NCBI GenBank assembly: GCA_965279375.1
Contig: OZ257156.1
Location: 2,464,001-2,528,000, forward strand
Direction: 5' to 3'
Length of the DNA: 64,000 nt
DNA from: Gemmatimonas sp.
GTDB taxonomy: Bacteria; Gemmatimonadota; Gemmatimonadetes; Gemmatimonadales; Gemmatimonadaceae
The notes beneath the pieces are model-generated. The model saw only the letters and a program-made list of their open reading frames with translations. It did no database searches and was not told the origin of the DNA. This document shows, piece after piece, positions 1 through 10,669 of the stretch (its first letter is position 1; each line of letters opens with the position of its first letter). A program made the translations under genes and the position numbers.

Positions 1-1
1 G

Positions 2-1570
2 GGCGACCTGTTCGGCGCGGGTAAGCTGTTCCTGCCGCAAGTCGTCAAGAGCGCGCGCGTCATGAAGAAGGCGGTGGCGCACCTCATTCCGTACATCGAA
101 GCGGCAAAGACCGCGACCAGCAAGCCCGTCGGTCGCGTCCTCATGGCGACGGTGAAGGGCGACGTGCATGACATCGGCAAGAACATTGTCGGTGTCGTTT
201 TGCAGTGTAACGGCTACGAGGTCGTGGACATGGGCGTGATGGTTTCCTGTGCCGCGATTCTCGACAAGGCGCGCGAGATCGGCGCCGACGCCATCGGACT
301 GTCCGGACTGATCACGCCTTCGCTCGACGAAATGACCTTCGTCGCCAGCGAGATGGAGCGGCTCGGCTTCACGATTCCGCTCCTGATCGGCGGGGCGACC
401 ACCAGCAAGGCGCACACGGCGCTGCGCATCGAGCCGGCGTACTCGGGGCCGGTCGTCCATGTACTCGACGCTTCACGCGCGGTTGGTGTGACGAGCGCAC
501 TGCTCAGCGACGAGCGGCGCGATGCGTTCATCGCTGGTATCCGGAAGGAGTACGACGCCCTGCGCGTTGCACGCGAGGCCCGCGGTGGCGCGGATCGCTT
601 GATTCCCATCGAGGCGGCGCGCGCCAATCCGGCGCGCATCGACCTGTCCGTGTCCGTGCCGGTGCCCAGCTTCATCGGCCCGAAGACGCTCGACGCGTAC
701 CCGCTCGATGACCTCGTTCCGTTCATCGACTGGACGCCGTTCTTCCAGACATGGGAACTGGCCGGGCACTTTCCGGCGATTCTGGATGATCCCGTGGTGG
801 GCGAAACGGCGCGGTCGCTTTACGCCGACGCTCGCGCCATGCTCGATCGCATCGTCCGCGAGGAGCGACTGCAAGCCAAGGCGAGTTTTGGCTTCTGGCC
901 GGCACAGGCGGTTGGCGACGATATCGTGCTGTACACCGACGCCGAACAGTCCTCCGAGGCCGCGACGCTGCACATGCTCCGCCAGCAGGGTGACAAGAAG
1001 GGCGACGGCCGACCCAACTTCTGCCTCGCGGACTTCGTGGCCCCCAAGACGAGCGACGTGCTCGACTACATCGGTGCATTCGCGGTCACCACGGGGCACG
1101 GCTTGGAGGGGCTGGTCGCCGAATACGAGGCGGCTCACGACGACTACAGCTCCATCATGGCCAAGGCGCTCGCCGATCGGCTGGCCGAGGCCTTCGCCGA
1201 GCGGCTGCATCATCGCGTTCGGACCGAGTTCTGGGGCTACGCCGCCAACGAGTCGCTCGACCCGGAGGCGCTGGTGCAGGAGAAGTTCCAGGGCATCCGG
1301 CCGGCACCCGGCTATCCGGCCTGCCCGGATCATCGAGAAAAAGGCACGCTCTTCGCGCTGACCGAGGCCGAGTCGCGCGCCGGCATGCGACTGACCGAAA
1401 GCTTCGCCATGTCACCGGGCGCGAGCGTGAGCGGTTGGTACTTCTGGCGTCCGGAGTCGACCTACTTCGGCGTCGGCAAACTGCTGCCCGATCAGCTCAC
1501 CGACTATGCCGTCCGCACAGGTGGCGCCGCGGACGGCGCGCGCTGGACCGCCACGCTCGCGGTAGGGTAG
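2..1570 (+). CDS. metH: Cobalamin-dependent methionine synthase, 5'-truncated (B12-binding and AdoMet reactivation domains)
   Basis: Frame open from base 2 ([25 protein letters not shown]); B12 motif [18 protein letters not shown] and [12 protein letters not shown]. Confidence 0.97.
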   Translation, partial: GDLFGAGKLFLPQVVKSARVMKKAVAHLIPYIEAAKTATSKPVGRVLMATVKGDVHDIGKNIVGVVLQCNGYEVVDMGVMVSCAAILDKAREIGADAIGLSGLITPSLDEMTFVASEMERLGFTIPLLIGGATTSKAHTALRIEPAYSGPVVHVLDASRAVGVTSALLSDERRDAFIAGIRKEYDALRVAREARGGADRLIPIEAARANPARIDLSVSVPVPSFIGPKTLDAYPLDDLVPFIDWTPFFQTWELAGHFPAILDDPVVGETARSLYADARAMLDRIVREERLQAKASFGFWPAQAVGDDIVLYTDAEQSSEAATLHMLRQQGDKKGDGRPNFCLADFVAPKTSDVLDYIGAFAVTTGHGLEGLVAEYEAAHDDYSSIMAKALADRLAEAFAERLHHRVRTEFWGYAANESLDPEALVQEKFQGIRPAPGYPACPDHREKGTLFALTEAESRAGMRLTESFAMSPGASVSGWYFWRPESTYFGVGKLLPDQLTDYAVRTGGAADGARWTATLAVG

Positions 1571-1643
1571 CTTTTCCCTGCCCGCGAACGTGACTGGTGC
1601 GGCTTGCCAAGCGTCCAAAGGTACCTCCTCTTTTTCCAGTCCA

Positions 1644-2564
1644 ATGACCATACCTGCGTCATCCACGTCGATGCTCGCACCGCGCGACGCGCTGGCGTCC
1701 ATCAAAGCGCTCGACCGAATTCAGCTCGCGGCGTACGTGCTGACGGGGATGATGTTCGCGCTGTTGTTCGCCAAGCCGGCCTCGTTGCTGTTGGAGGCTT
1801 GGTGGAACGATCCGAATTCTGGTCACGGCCTGCTGCTGGCCCCGTTGTCGGTCTGGTTCGCCTACAAGGCGGGCATCGCCAAGGGCGCCAAGCCGCAGCG
1901 TGTCCTCGGCGGCTCCATCCTGCTCTTCGCCATCGTGTCCCGGTACGCGGCGGATCTGGCGGCCGAGCTGTTCGTCATGCGCGGGTCCATGCTGGTCGCG
2001 ATCGCCGGCCTGGTGGTCTGGTACGGTGGCATTCGGCAGCTTTTGCATTGGTGGCTGCCGTTCGCGTTGACCGCGCTGTCCGTGCCGATTCCGGAAGTCA
2101 TTCTCAACACCGTTGCGCTGCCCTTGCAGTTCACGGCCTCGCGCATCGGCGCCTCGCTGCTCGCCTTCCGTGAGATTCCGGTGCTGCTGACCGGCAATGT
2201 CATTCGCATTCCCGGGCAAGAGTTGTTCGTCGCCGAAGCGTGCAGCGGGCTCCGCTCGCTCACCGCGCTCATCAGCCTCGGCGTACTGCTGGGCGCGCTC
2301 TTTCTGCGCTACTGGCAAATGCGGGTGTTGCTCATCGCCATCGCCATTCCGATTGCGATCCTGATCAACGGCTTTCGAATTTTTCTGACGGGCTTCCTCG
2401 TCCTGTTCGTGAGCCCTGAGATGGGGCAAGGCTTCATGCACACCAGCGAAGGCATGATGATGTTCGGCGCGGCGTTCCTCGTGATCGCTGGCGTCACCTG
2501 GCTCTTCGGGCGCGCCGAAGGGCTGTTCGGACCCACCACACGTACAACGGCGGCCGCGCTATGA
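1644..2564 (+). CDS. xrt: Exosortase (EpsH family)
   Basis: Multi-pass; WWNDPNSGHG, catalytic VAEACSGLRS (Cys), NGFRI (Arg), FMH (His); start placed at ATG 1644. Confidence 0.93.
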   Translation: MTIPASSTSMLAPRDALASIKALDRIQLAAYVLTGMMFALLFAKPASLLLEAWWNDPNSGHGLLLAPLSVWFAYKAGIAKGAKPQRVLGGSILLFAIVSRYAADLAAELFVMRGSMLVAIAGLVVWYGGIRQLLHWWLPFALTALSVPIPEVILNTVALPLQFTASRIGASLLAFREIPVLLTGNVIRIPGQELFVAEACSGLRSLTALISLGVLLGALFLRYWQMRVLLIAIAIPIAILINGFRIFLTGFLVLFVSPEMGQGFMHTSEGMMMFGAAFLVIAGVTWLFGRAEGLFGPTTRTTAAAL

Positions 2565-3256
2565 CGAATCGCCTCGCGCAGTTCACGCCCGCGCTGATTC
2601 TCGCTGCGGGTGTCCTGGTGGTCTCGGGAATCCGCGAGCAGTACGCCATGACGCTGCGAGCCCCCATCGCGTCGCTGCCGACCAACTTTGGCGGCAACAC
2701 GTCGCGCGACATCGTCGTGGGCGAGGAGGAGCGCAAGATCGCCGGCATGTCGGAGTATGTCATGCGCGAATTCCGTCGCGATTCCACGACGATGTTCTCC
2801 GTCTACGTGGGTTACTACGATCGGCAGGTGCAGGGCAAGACGATTCACTCGCCCAAGAACTGTCTGCCCGGTGCCGGTTGGGAGATTCTCACCAGCGCGC
2901 GCGCGCCGATGCCCGGTGGGCTCCCCGGAGAGACGGTGAATCGCGTCCTGCTCGCGAATCGCGGTGTGCAGGCGCTCGTGGTGTACTGGTATCAGGGTCG
3001 TGGTCGGGTGGCGTCGAACGAGTACTCCGTGAAGTGGGACCTGCTCCGCGACGCAGCCATCTACGGGCGAACGGACGAAGCGTTGGTGCGCATCGTCGTG
3101 CCCATCGAGCCACCGGTGCGCGCGCTCGCCGACTCGACCTCTCAGCGTCTGGCGCACGCTCGCGCGGTGGCCACCGCTGATTCCATCGCGAACATGGTCA
3201 TCCCGGAGCTGTCGCGAGACGTCGCGCGTGTGCTACCCGCACCGCCCAAGTCGTGA
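2561..3256 (+). CDS. epsI: Exosortase-associated EpsI family protein
   Basis: IHSPKNCLPGAGWEI and YWYQGRGR motifs, N-terminal TM, ATGA overlap with exosortase. Confidence 0.9.
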   Translation: MTNRLAQFTPALILAAGVLVVSGIREQYAMTLRAPIASLPTNFGGNTSRDIVVGEEERKIAGMSEYVMREFRRDSTTMFSVYVGYYDRQVQGKTIHSPKNCLPGAGWEILTSARAPMPGGLPGETVNRVLLANRGVQALVVYWYQGRGRVASNEYSVKWDLLRDAAIYGRTDEALVRIVVPIEPPVRALADSTSQRLAHARAVATADSIANMVIPELSRDVARVLPAPPKS

Positions 3257-3272
3257 TAGCACGCTCGGGCGA

Positions 3273-3860
3273 ATGACCGACCGGCCGTACGCGGGCCTCT
3301 TCACGCTGCTGCGGGCCGATATTGCGGCCAAAGCGGAATGGCTGTACGGGTCGGCGGCGCCGCGTGACCAGTTCAAGACGCTGCTCACCGACGGCACGTT
3401 CGCCATGGTGGTGTATCGGTTGATGCAGGCGAGTCAGCGCGCAGGACTCGCGCCGCTGGCCATGGTGTTCAACAAGCTCAATACCGTTTTCGGCGGATGT
3501 GTCATCGGGCGCGGCGCGGCGTTCGGGCCGGGCTTCGTGCTGGTACACAGCATGGGTGTCGTCATCAACACCGCAGTTCGCGGTGGGCGTGACGTGAAGA
3601 TCGAGCATCAGGTCACCATCGGTGCAGAGCGTGGACTGAGTCCCGTCCTCGGCGATGATCTGTTCATCGGCGCCGGTGCGAAGATCATCGGATCGGTCCG
3701 TCTCGGCTCGGGAGTGCGCGTCGGAGCCAACGCGGTGGTGGTGAAGGACGTCCCCGACAACGTCACCGCCGTCGGCGTTCCCGCTCGGTACATCCCGCGC
3801 GATGTCGCCAAAGTTCAGGACGCATCGCCGCCGATCGTTGAGCGAGCGTCCGTCACGTGA
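3273..3860 (+). CDS. Serine acetyltransferase-like hexapeptide O-acetyltransferase
   Basis: Hexapeptide repeats IGAGAKIIG, VGANAVVVKDVP, VGVPAR; ATG 3273. Confidence 0.85.
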   Translation: MTDRPYAGLFTLLRADIAAKAEWLYGSAAPRDQFKTLLTDGTFAMVVYRLMQASQRAGLAPLAMVFNKLNTVFGGCVIGRGAAFGPGFVLVHSMGVVINTAVRGGRDVKIEHQVTIGAERGLSPVLGDDLFIGAGAKIIGSVRLGSGVRVGANAVVVKDVPDNVTAVGVPARYIPRDVAKVQDASPPIVERASVT

Positions 3861-5035
3861 ACGTGCCGCTGCTGATCGTGGCGGTCAGTCTCGCCGCCAT
3901 TGGCTGGACACTCGTGGGCTACCCGACGTGGCTGGCAATCCGAGCGCGCGGGACGCGGTCGGAAGACCAGGGCGATTCTGCGACACGTGATCGCGCGGGC
4001 GATGCGCTGCCCACCGTGACGGCAGTGATTCCCGTCCACAACGGCGCGCCGTTTCTCGCAAAGAAGCTCGAGAGCGTCCTCTCGTCGGATTATCCCGCGG
4101 AGCGGCTCAACGTGATCGTGCTCTCCGACGGCAGCACCGACGAGACCGATGCCATCGCCGAATCCTTCGCCGCGCGAGAGCGCGTGCGGTTCGTGCGGCT
4201 GCCCAAGGGCGGAAAAGCGGTGGCGCTGGGCGTGGCGTTTCCGATGGTCGACCGGGATATCGTGCTGCTCACCGATGTGCGCCAGCGGCTCGAGGGCGAC
4301 TGCGTGCGCAATCTGGTGCGTCGCTTCAGCGATCCTGCCGTCGGCGTGGTGAGCGGACAGCTGCGCATTCGCGCGGGTGAGACCGCTGGTGAAGCGAGCA
4401 CCGGACTGTATTGGCGCTATGAAACCGCCATACGCGAGCATCTGAGCCGGATCGACTCCATCATCGGCGCAACCGGTCCGATCTACGCCATGCGGCGCAC
4501 ACTGGTGCGCCCACTGCCCGCCGGCTGCATTCTCGACGACGTGTGGCTGCCCATGCAGGCGGTGTTCGACGGGTATCGCGCAGTGATGGCCAGCGATGCG
4601 GTTGCCTGGGACTACGCGACGAGTGTGTCGTCGGAATTCGCGCGAAAAGTCCGCACGCAGGCCGGACTCTTTCAGCTGCTCCGTCTCGAGACGCGACTTC
4701 TCAACCCCGTGCGCAATCGACTCTTCGCGTCGTTCCTCTTTCTCAAGCTCGGGCGGCTGTTCCTCGGTCACTTGCTGATCGTACTCGCGGTGGCGAGCGC
4801 GTTCCTGCCGTCGCCATGGTCACTGCTGCTGCTGGCGATGCAAGCGGCATTCTACGCGGCCGTGTTCGTCGATCGACTGTTGCCGGAAGGGTCGATGCTC
4901 AAGCGCCTGACCGCGCCGTGCGCCACGTTCGTGACGCTCGTGGCAGCCGCGTTCGTCGCGCAGGTGGTGTTCTTCCGCGATCCCAGCACCCTCTGGAAGT
5001 CAACGAAGGTGCGCCTCGTCGACGCCACGTCGTGA
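3857..5035 (+). CDS. Glycosyltransferase family 2 (cellulose-synthase-like, membrane-associated)
   Basis: VIPVHNG, SDGSTD, GKAVAL, LTD, LDDVWL, RKVRT; TM segments at both ends. Confidence 0.88.
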   Translation: MNVPLLIVAVSLAAIGWTLVGYPTWLAIRARGTRSEDQGDSATRDRAGDALPTVTAVIPVHNGAPFLAKKLESVLSSDYPAERLNVIVLSDGSTDETDAIAESFAARERVRFVRLPKGGKAVALGVAFPMVDRDIVLLTDVRQRLEGDCVRNLVRRFSDPAVGVVSGQLRIRAGETAGEASTGLYWRYETAIREHLSRIDSIIGATGPIYAMRRTLVRPLPAGCILDDVWLPMQAVFDGYRAVMASDAVAWDYATSVSSEFARKVRTQAGLFQLLRLETRLLNPVRNRLFASFLFLKLGRLFLGHLLIVLAVASAFLPSPWSLLLLAMQAAFYAAVFVDRLLPEGSMLKRLTAPCATFVTLVAAAFVAQVVFFRDPSTLWKSTKVRLVDATS

Positions 5036-5048
5036 CTCGTCGGCGACG

Positions 5049-6407
5049 ATGAGCGGAACGTCCGTGGCGACGTCGACGCGAGCTGCGCTCATCGCCAGCG
5101 TCGCCCTGATTCTCCTCGCCACACTCACTCCGATTGGCGCCGCGTCGATTCCGCCGACGTCGCCGTGGTGTGTCGACTGCGGCGGGCACTGGCTCGCCGA
5201 CGCGCTCAGTAACATCGCCCTCTTCATACCGCTTGGGGTGACGTTGCGCCGCACATCGCGGCGCGTTGCGTGGTGGTGGGTCTTGGGCATTTCCGTCGCG
5301 CTTTCCCTCGGCGTCGAGACGCTGCAATCGATCGGGCTGCCGCCCGGCAGAAGTCCGACGCTCGCCGATGTGATCGCCAATGCGTGCGGCGGCCTGTGCG
5401 GATTTCTGTTGGCCTCTGCGGGCCGCTGGTTTCGTCCGGTGCGGGCCGACGTCGCAAGTGCCTCGGCGCTCGGCTGGAGTGTCGGTGTGGCTGCGCTCTG
5501 CTGGGGAACAAGCTGGGCGCTGACGCCAGTGTCTGATCGCTTTTCGCCGCCGTCCGAGACGGCGACGAGCGAGGTCGGGCGACGCGACACCGTTAACGCG
5601 ATCATCCGACTGAGCCCGTTGACTGCGTTGCCGACCTACGGCTGGTTCGCCGGCATCGTCGATTCGGCCACGGTCAACGGCACGACGTTCACCCGCAGCA
5701 GTACTGGACCCGTGATCATCGAGTCCGTGGGAAGCGTTGCCGAGACGGACATTCGTGTGACCATGCACGGCGCGGACCGGCGCGGTGCACTCGTTCCACT
5801 GGTTTACCTGCACGCGGCCGAGTCGCGGCAGCCGTCGGCCATTGTCGGTGTGCGTGATGCGGCGGTGACCTTGGTCGTCCTGCGACAGGCGGATGCGTGG
5901 GGGCTGCTGACGCCGGCGCTGACGATGCGCGATGTGCTCGGCGACGACGTTGGCGCCGCGTCTCGGGTCGTCCGGATAGAAGCGCAGTCACGGCGAGGGC
6001 AACTCAAACTCGGCGTGCATACGAGTAGCGGTGCAGCAGGTGCAGACAGTGGTGCGTCCGCCTCGCGCGACGGGTGGCGTCGTAAGGAACTGGCGCTCTC
6101 GCCGATGCTCGGTTGGGCGATGCTTCAGACCCTCGTGGCGAGCGACGCGGCATATGCGGGAGTGGCGCAACTCTGCTGGATCGCGCTGCTCATGTGTCCG
6201 ATCGGATGGTGGTCGGCGCGCGCAGGCGGCAGCCGGCTCGCGGCCACGATCATCTCGTCGCTGGTGGTGGTGTACGGGGCGGCAAGCAGCACCGCCCGGT
6301 TCGACTTGGCTGCGGTTTCGCGTCTCGAATGGCTGGAGGCCGCGGCCGCGATGGCTGCCGGATTTCTCGCCAGCCATCGCGAGCTGCAGCGACGCAACAG
6401 CGAATAG
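5049..6407 (+). CDS. VanZ-like membrane protein with CxxC and a large soluble domain
   Basis: CVDCG..DALSNIALFIPLG, SLGVETLQ, GRSPTLADVIANACG VanZ-type motifs. Confidence 0.75.
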   Translation: MSGTSVATSTRAALIASVALILLATLTPIGAASIPPTSPWCVDCGGHWLADALSNIALFIPLGVTLRRTSRRVAWWWVLGISVALSLGVETLQSIGLPPGRSPTLADVIANACGGLCGFLLASAGRWFRPVRADVASASALGWSVGVAALCWGTSWALTPVSDRFSPPSETATSEVGRRDTVNAIIRLSPLTALPTYGWFAGIVDSATVNGTTFTRSSTGPVIIESVGSVAETDIRVTMHGADRRGALVPLVYLHAAESRQPSAIVGVRDAAVTLVVLRQADAWGLLTPALTMRDVLGDDVGAASRVVRIEAQSRRGQLKLGVHTSSGAAGADSGASASRDGWRRKELALSPMLGWAMLQTLVASDAAYAGVAQLCWIALLMCPIGWWSARAGGSRLAATIISSLVVVYGAASSTARFDLAAVSRLEWLEAAAAMAAGFLASHRELQRRNSE

Positions 6408-6491
6408 CTTTCGCGCAGGACGGTCTTCCGTGCGATCGGCAGCCGACGTCTCAATGCCCAGGTCCAGTAGCGTTCCCGTCGTCTCTCCTGC

Positions 6492-7931
6492 GTGTCTACC
6501 GCAACCTCTCTCGTGTCGTCCGTTTCCGATTCGAACCACCGCGCGCCACGCGCGCTCCTACTGAGCTACAACTTTCCACCAGCGAACGTCGCAGGCGCGC
6601 ATCGCTGGGATGCGTTCACGCGCTACTGTCGATCGCGCGGCTGGAAGTTCGACGTCATCTCTCGCGTACCGGGAGCGCCGCCCTTCACACCCGCGCAGGT
6701 GGACGCCGCGCGACTGCGTCAGACTGACGAGGAGCCGCTACGCGTGTTCGGATTGCCGGACACCGAGCATGTTTCGCAGAACGTGGTCGCGGCGTTGCAC
6801 CGCGGCTTGCGTGCGGTACGCCCCGCTCGTTCCGCGCCGGCGCCCGAAGCATCGGCGTCGGTCGCTGTGGCACCGAGCGGAGCGACGCTTCGGGTAGACC
6901 GTGCCGTGCTGCCGCGCGGCGAAATCATTGGCACGCTCAAGCCGTATCTCAACGCGCGCGCCGCGCTGTTCGCGTGGCGCTACTACTCGGAAGGTCTGGG
7001 GTGGGTCGCACAAGCACACGCACTCGGGCAATCGTTGGCTCGGCAGGTGCCATACGACGTCATCATCACGTCCGGTCCGCCGCACTTGAGCTCTGACGCG
7101 GCGCGTCGACTCTCGGTGGAATTCGGCGTACCGCTCGTGCTCGACTTCCGTGACCCGTGGGCCGCGTTGGATCTGCTGCCCACCGATCTCGCATCGCCGC
7201 TGTGGTATGGCATTGCGGAGTACTATGAACGCAAGGCGGTGCGCCAGGCATCACTCCTGACGATGAACACCGAACGGGCAACGCGTCAGATGCAGCGCAA
7301 GTATCCGAAGGCGCACGTGGTGACCGTGCGCAACGGTTACGACGGAGGCGTCGCGTTGGCGGAGCACGACGCATCGACGTTCGTCATGGTCTACGCAGGC
7401 GCGATTTACCTGGATCGTGATCCCAGGCCGACACTCGCTGCGCTTCGCACCGTCATCGCGGACGGCAACATCCCGCCCGGTGCGATCAGACTCAAGTTCA
7501 TCGGAGAGACGGCAACGTTCGCCGGTGTGCCGCTCACGCAGCTGGCCGCGGAAGCCGGCGTCGAGGCGTACGTGCAGGTCATGCCTTCCATTCCGCGGGA
7601 TCAGCTGCACGCAGAACTGAGGCGTGCGGCGATGTTGGTGAATCTCCCGCAGGGTGCTTCGCTGTGCATTCCGTCAAAGGTCTTCGAGTACCTGCATTTT
7701 CCGGCGTGGTTGCTTGCCCTGGAGCCTGCCGGTACGTCGACGCACGACCTGCTCGCGACGACTGGTGCGGACATCGCTGCCCCGACAGACGTGAGCGCGA
7801 TCGCTGGAATCATTCGCCGCCGCTACAACGAGTACATGGGCGGCGCCCGCCCCGTGCCGCTCGCACAGGGCGACGCGTTCACTGCATCGCGACAGGCGGA
7901 GGTGTTCTTCCGCGCGCTCGAGGCACTCTAG
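6492..7931 (+). CDS. Glycosyltransferase family 4-like (GT-B)
   Basis: YNFPP, TSGPPH, LDFRDPW, NGYD, IPSKVFEY. Confidence 0.85.
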   Translation: MSTATSLVSSVSDSNHRAPRALLLSYNFPPANVAGAHRWDAFTRYCRSRGWKFDVISRVPGAPPFTPAQVDAARLRQTDEEPLRVFGLPDTEHVSQNVVAALHRGLRAVRPARSAPAPEASASVAVAPSGATLRVDRAVLPRGEIIGTLKPYLNARAALFAWRYYSEGLGWVAQAHALGQSLARQVPYDVIITSGPPHLSSDAARRLSVEFGVPLVLDFRDPWAALDLLPTDLASPLWYGIAEYYERKAVRQASLLTMNTERATRQMQRKYPKAHVVTVRNGYDGGVALAEHDASTFVMVYAGAIYLDRDPRPTLAALRTVIADGNIPPGAIRLKFIGETATFAGVPLTQLAAEAGVEAYVQVMPSIPRDQLHAELRRAAMLVNLPQGASLCIPSKVFEYLHFPAWLLALEPAGTSTHDLLATTGADIAAPTDVSAIAGIIRRRYNEYMGGARPVPLAQGDAFTASRQAEVFFRALEAL

Positions 7932-7963
7932 CGCGGCCGCAACCGGATTCGATTGCGGCCGCG
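7932..7963. terminator. Stem-loop between convergent genes (likely bidirectional terminator)
   Basis: CGCGGCCGCAA-N10-TTGCGGCCGCG between the GT4 and gltA stops. Confidence 0.6.
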
Positions 7964-7971
7964 TCGCCGCG

Positions 7972-9345
<1,374 letters not shown>

Positions 9346-9448
9346 CTCAATCGACTCCAGAGGTCTTCGGTAAGCAGGCGGGTCACGATAAATGTACCGA
9401 GAATGCAGGGGCACGGCCGGGGCTTCGTCAGCGTCGTTCTGACACCAT

Positions 9449-10621
9449 TCAACGCTCCGCGTCCACGGGCAGGTCGAGCGTGAAGGCGATGCGCGTACCG
9501 GTCACACCGGATTCGAGGACGGCGAGCTCTCCCCCCATCGCGCTCACCAGTCGTTGGCAGATAGCCAGGCCGAGTCCCGTGCTCGAGAATCCGGACCCGG
9601 CATCGGACTCGGCGTCCGCACGCGGCAGGCCGCCGCTGAGGCGCGACAAGACGGCTGGCGGCATCCCCCGACCGGTATCCGACACGAGGAAGCGTACCGC
9701 GGTCTGAGAACACAGCGAGGCATCTACACTCACCATCCCGGCGTTCGTGTACTTCAACGCGTTGGTGACCAGATTGAGAAGAACCCGATGGAGCGCGGCT
9801 GGATGGCCGTGGCGTCGGTCGTCGGGGAGCGCGCTGCAGCGCAGGGTAATGGACTTTTCTTCGGCGACCGGTTGCACGACGTCCCGCACTGCGTGCAGCA
9901 CCTCACCGATCGAGAACTCCACGACGTGCCGCCCGACCAGCCGCGTGCAGCCTTGCGCCAGTTCCATGAGATCACTCGTCAACGCCGAGAGACCGAACGC
10001 GGCACTGTGAACCAAGCCGAGGTGTCGCTCCTGCATCGGCGACACCGGACCCGTCTGCCCACAGCGCATGCGTTCAACGAGGAACTGGATCGAGCTGAGC
10101 GGAGAGCGCATGTCGTGCGCCAGCTCCACGAGAAGCGTTGGCGTGCACGCAAGTAACTCCTGCTCGGCGGTCTGCCGGGCCAGGTCGGCGTCCAGCTGGT
10201 GGGCCAGCAGTTCGAACTGCTGCAACACCCGGATGATCGCGGTGGGCGTGATCGGCGACTCCAACGCGACGGCCAACAACTCGCGGCGGAGGCCGGACAG
10301 CAGGCGCGGACCCTGTCTCAACCATGGATGCGGCAGCAGCGATTGTGCCGGCGCGCCGCGCAACCCGGCGATCGTCTCGTCGACGAGCACACTCAGCGCC
10401 GCGGCTCCGCCAGCGGCGTCGAACCCCTCGCGCAGGGAAAGGCCGCTGGCACTCGTCTCAGCGAAGACTCGCGCCGCCGCCCCATGTAAAAGCGAGGTAA
10501 GCTGTGCCTCGTGCTCGATCTCGACCCGCGGAGCACTGCTGCAGGTAGCGGTGACCATCCAGCTCCGACTCGGTGACGTAGTGCGGCGGTGGCCGAAACG
10601 CCAACGCTCGACACTGGACAC
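9449..10621 (-). CDS. Cytoplasmic sensor histidine kinase (HisKA + HATPase)
   Basis: H-box LAHDMRSPL, N-box NLVTNALKY, DTGRG, GLGLAI; no obvious TM; start uncertain (10621 or 10558). Confidence 0.88.
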   Translation of the reverse strand: MSSVERWRFGHRRTTSPSRSWMVTATCSSAPRVEIEHEAQLTSLLHGAAARVFAETSASGLSLREGFDAAGGAAALSVLVDETIAGLRGAPAQSLLPHPWLRQGPRLLSGLRRELLAVALESPITPTAIIRVLQQFELLAHQLDADLARQTAEQELLACTPTLLVELAHDMRSPLSSIQFLVERMRCGQTGPVSPMQERHLGLVHSAAFGLSALTSDLMELAQGCTRLVGRHVVEFSIGEVLHAVRDVVQPVAEEKSITLRCSALPDDRRHGHPAALHRVLLNLVTNALKYTNAGMVSVDASLCSQTAVRFLVSDTGRGMPPAVLSRLSGGLPRADAESDAGSGFSSTGLGLAICQRLVSAMGGELAVLESGVTGTRIAFTLDLPVDAER

Positions 10622-10669
10622 CTCGCACGATCAAAACGTCACGGCGTGTCGCCACGCCGTCCGGTCGTC

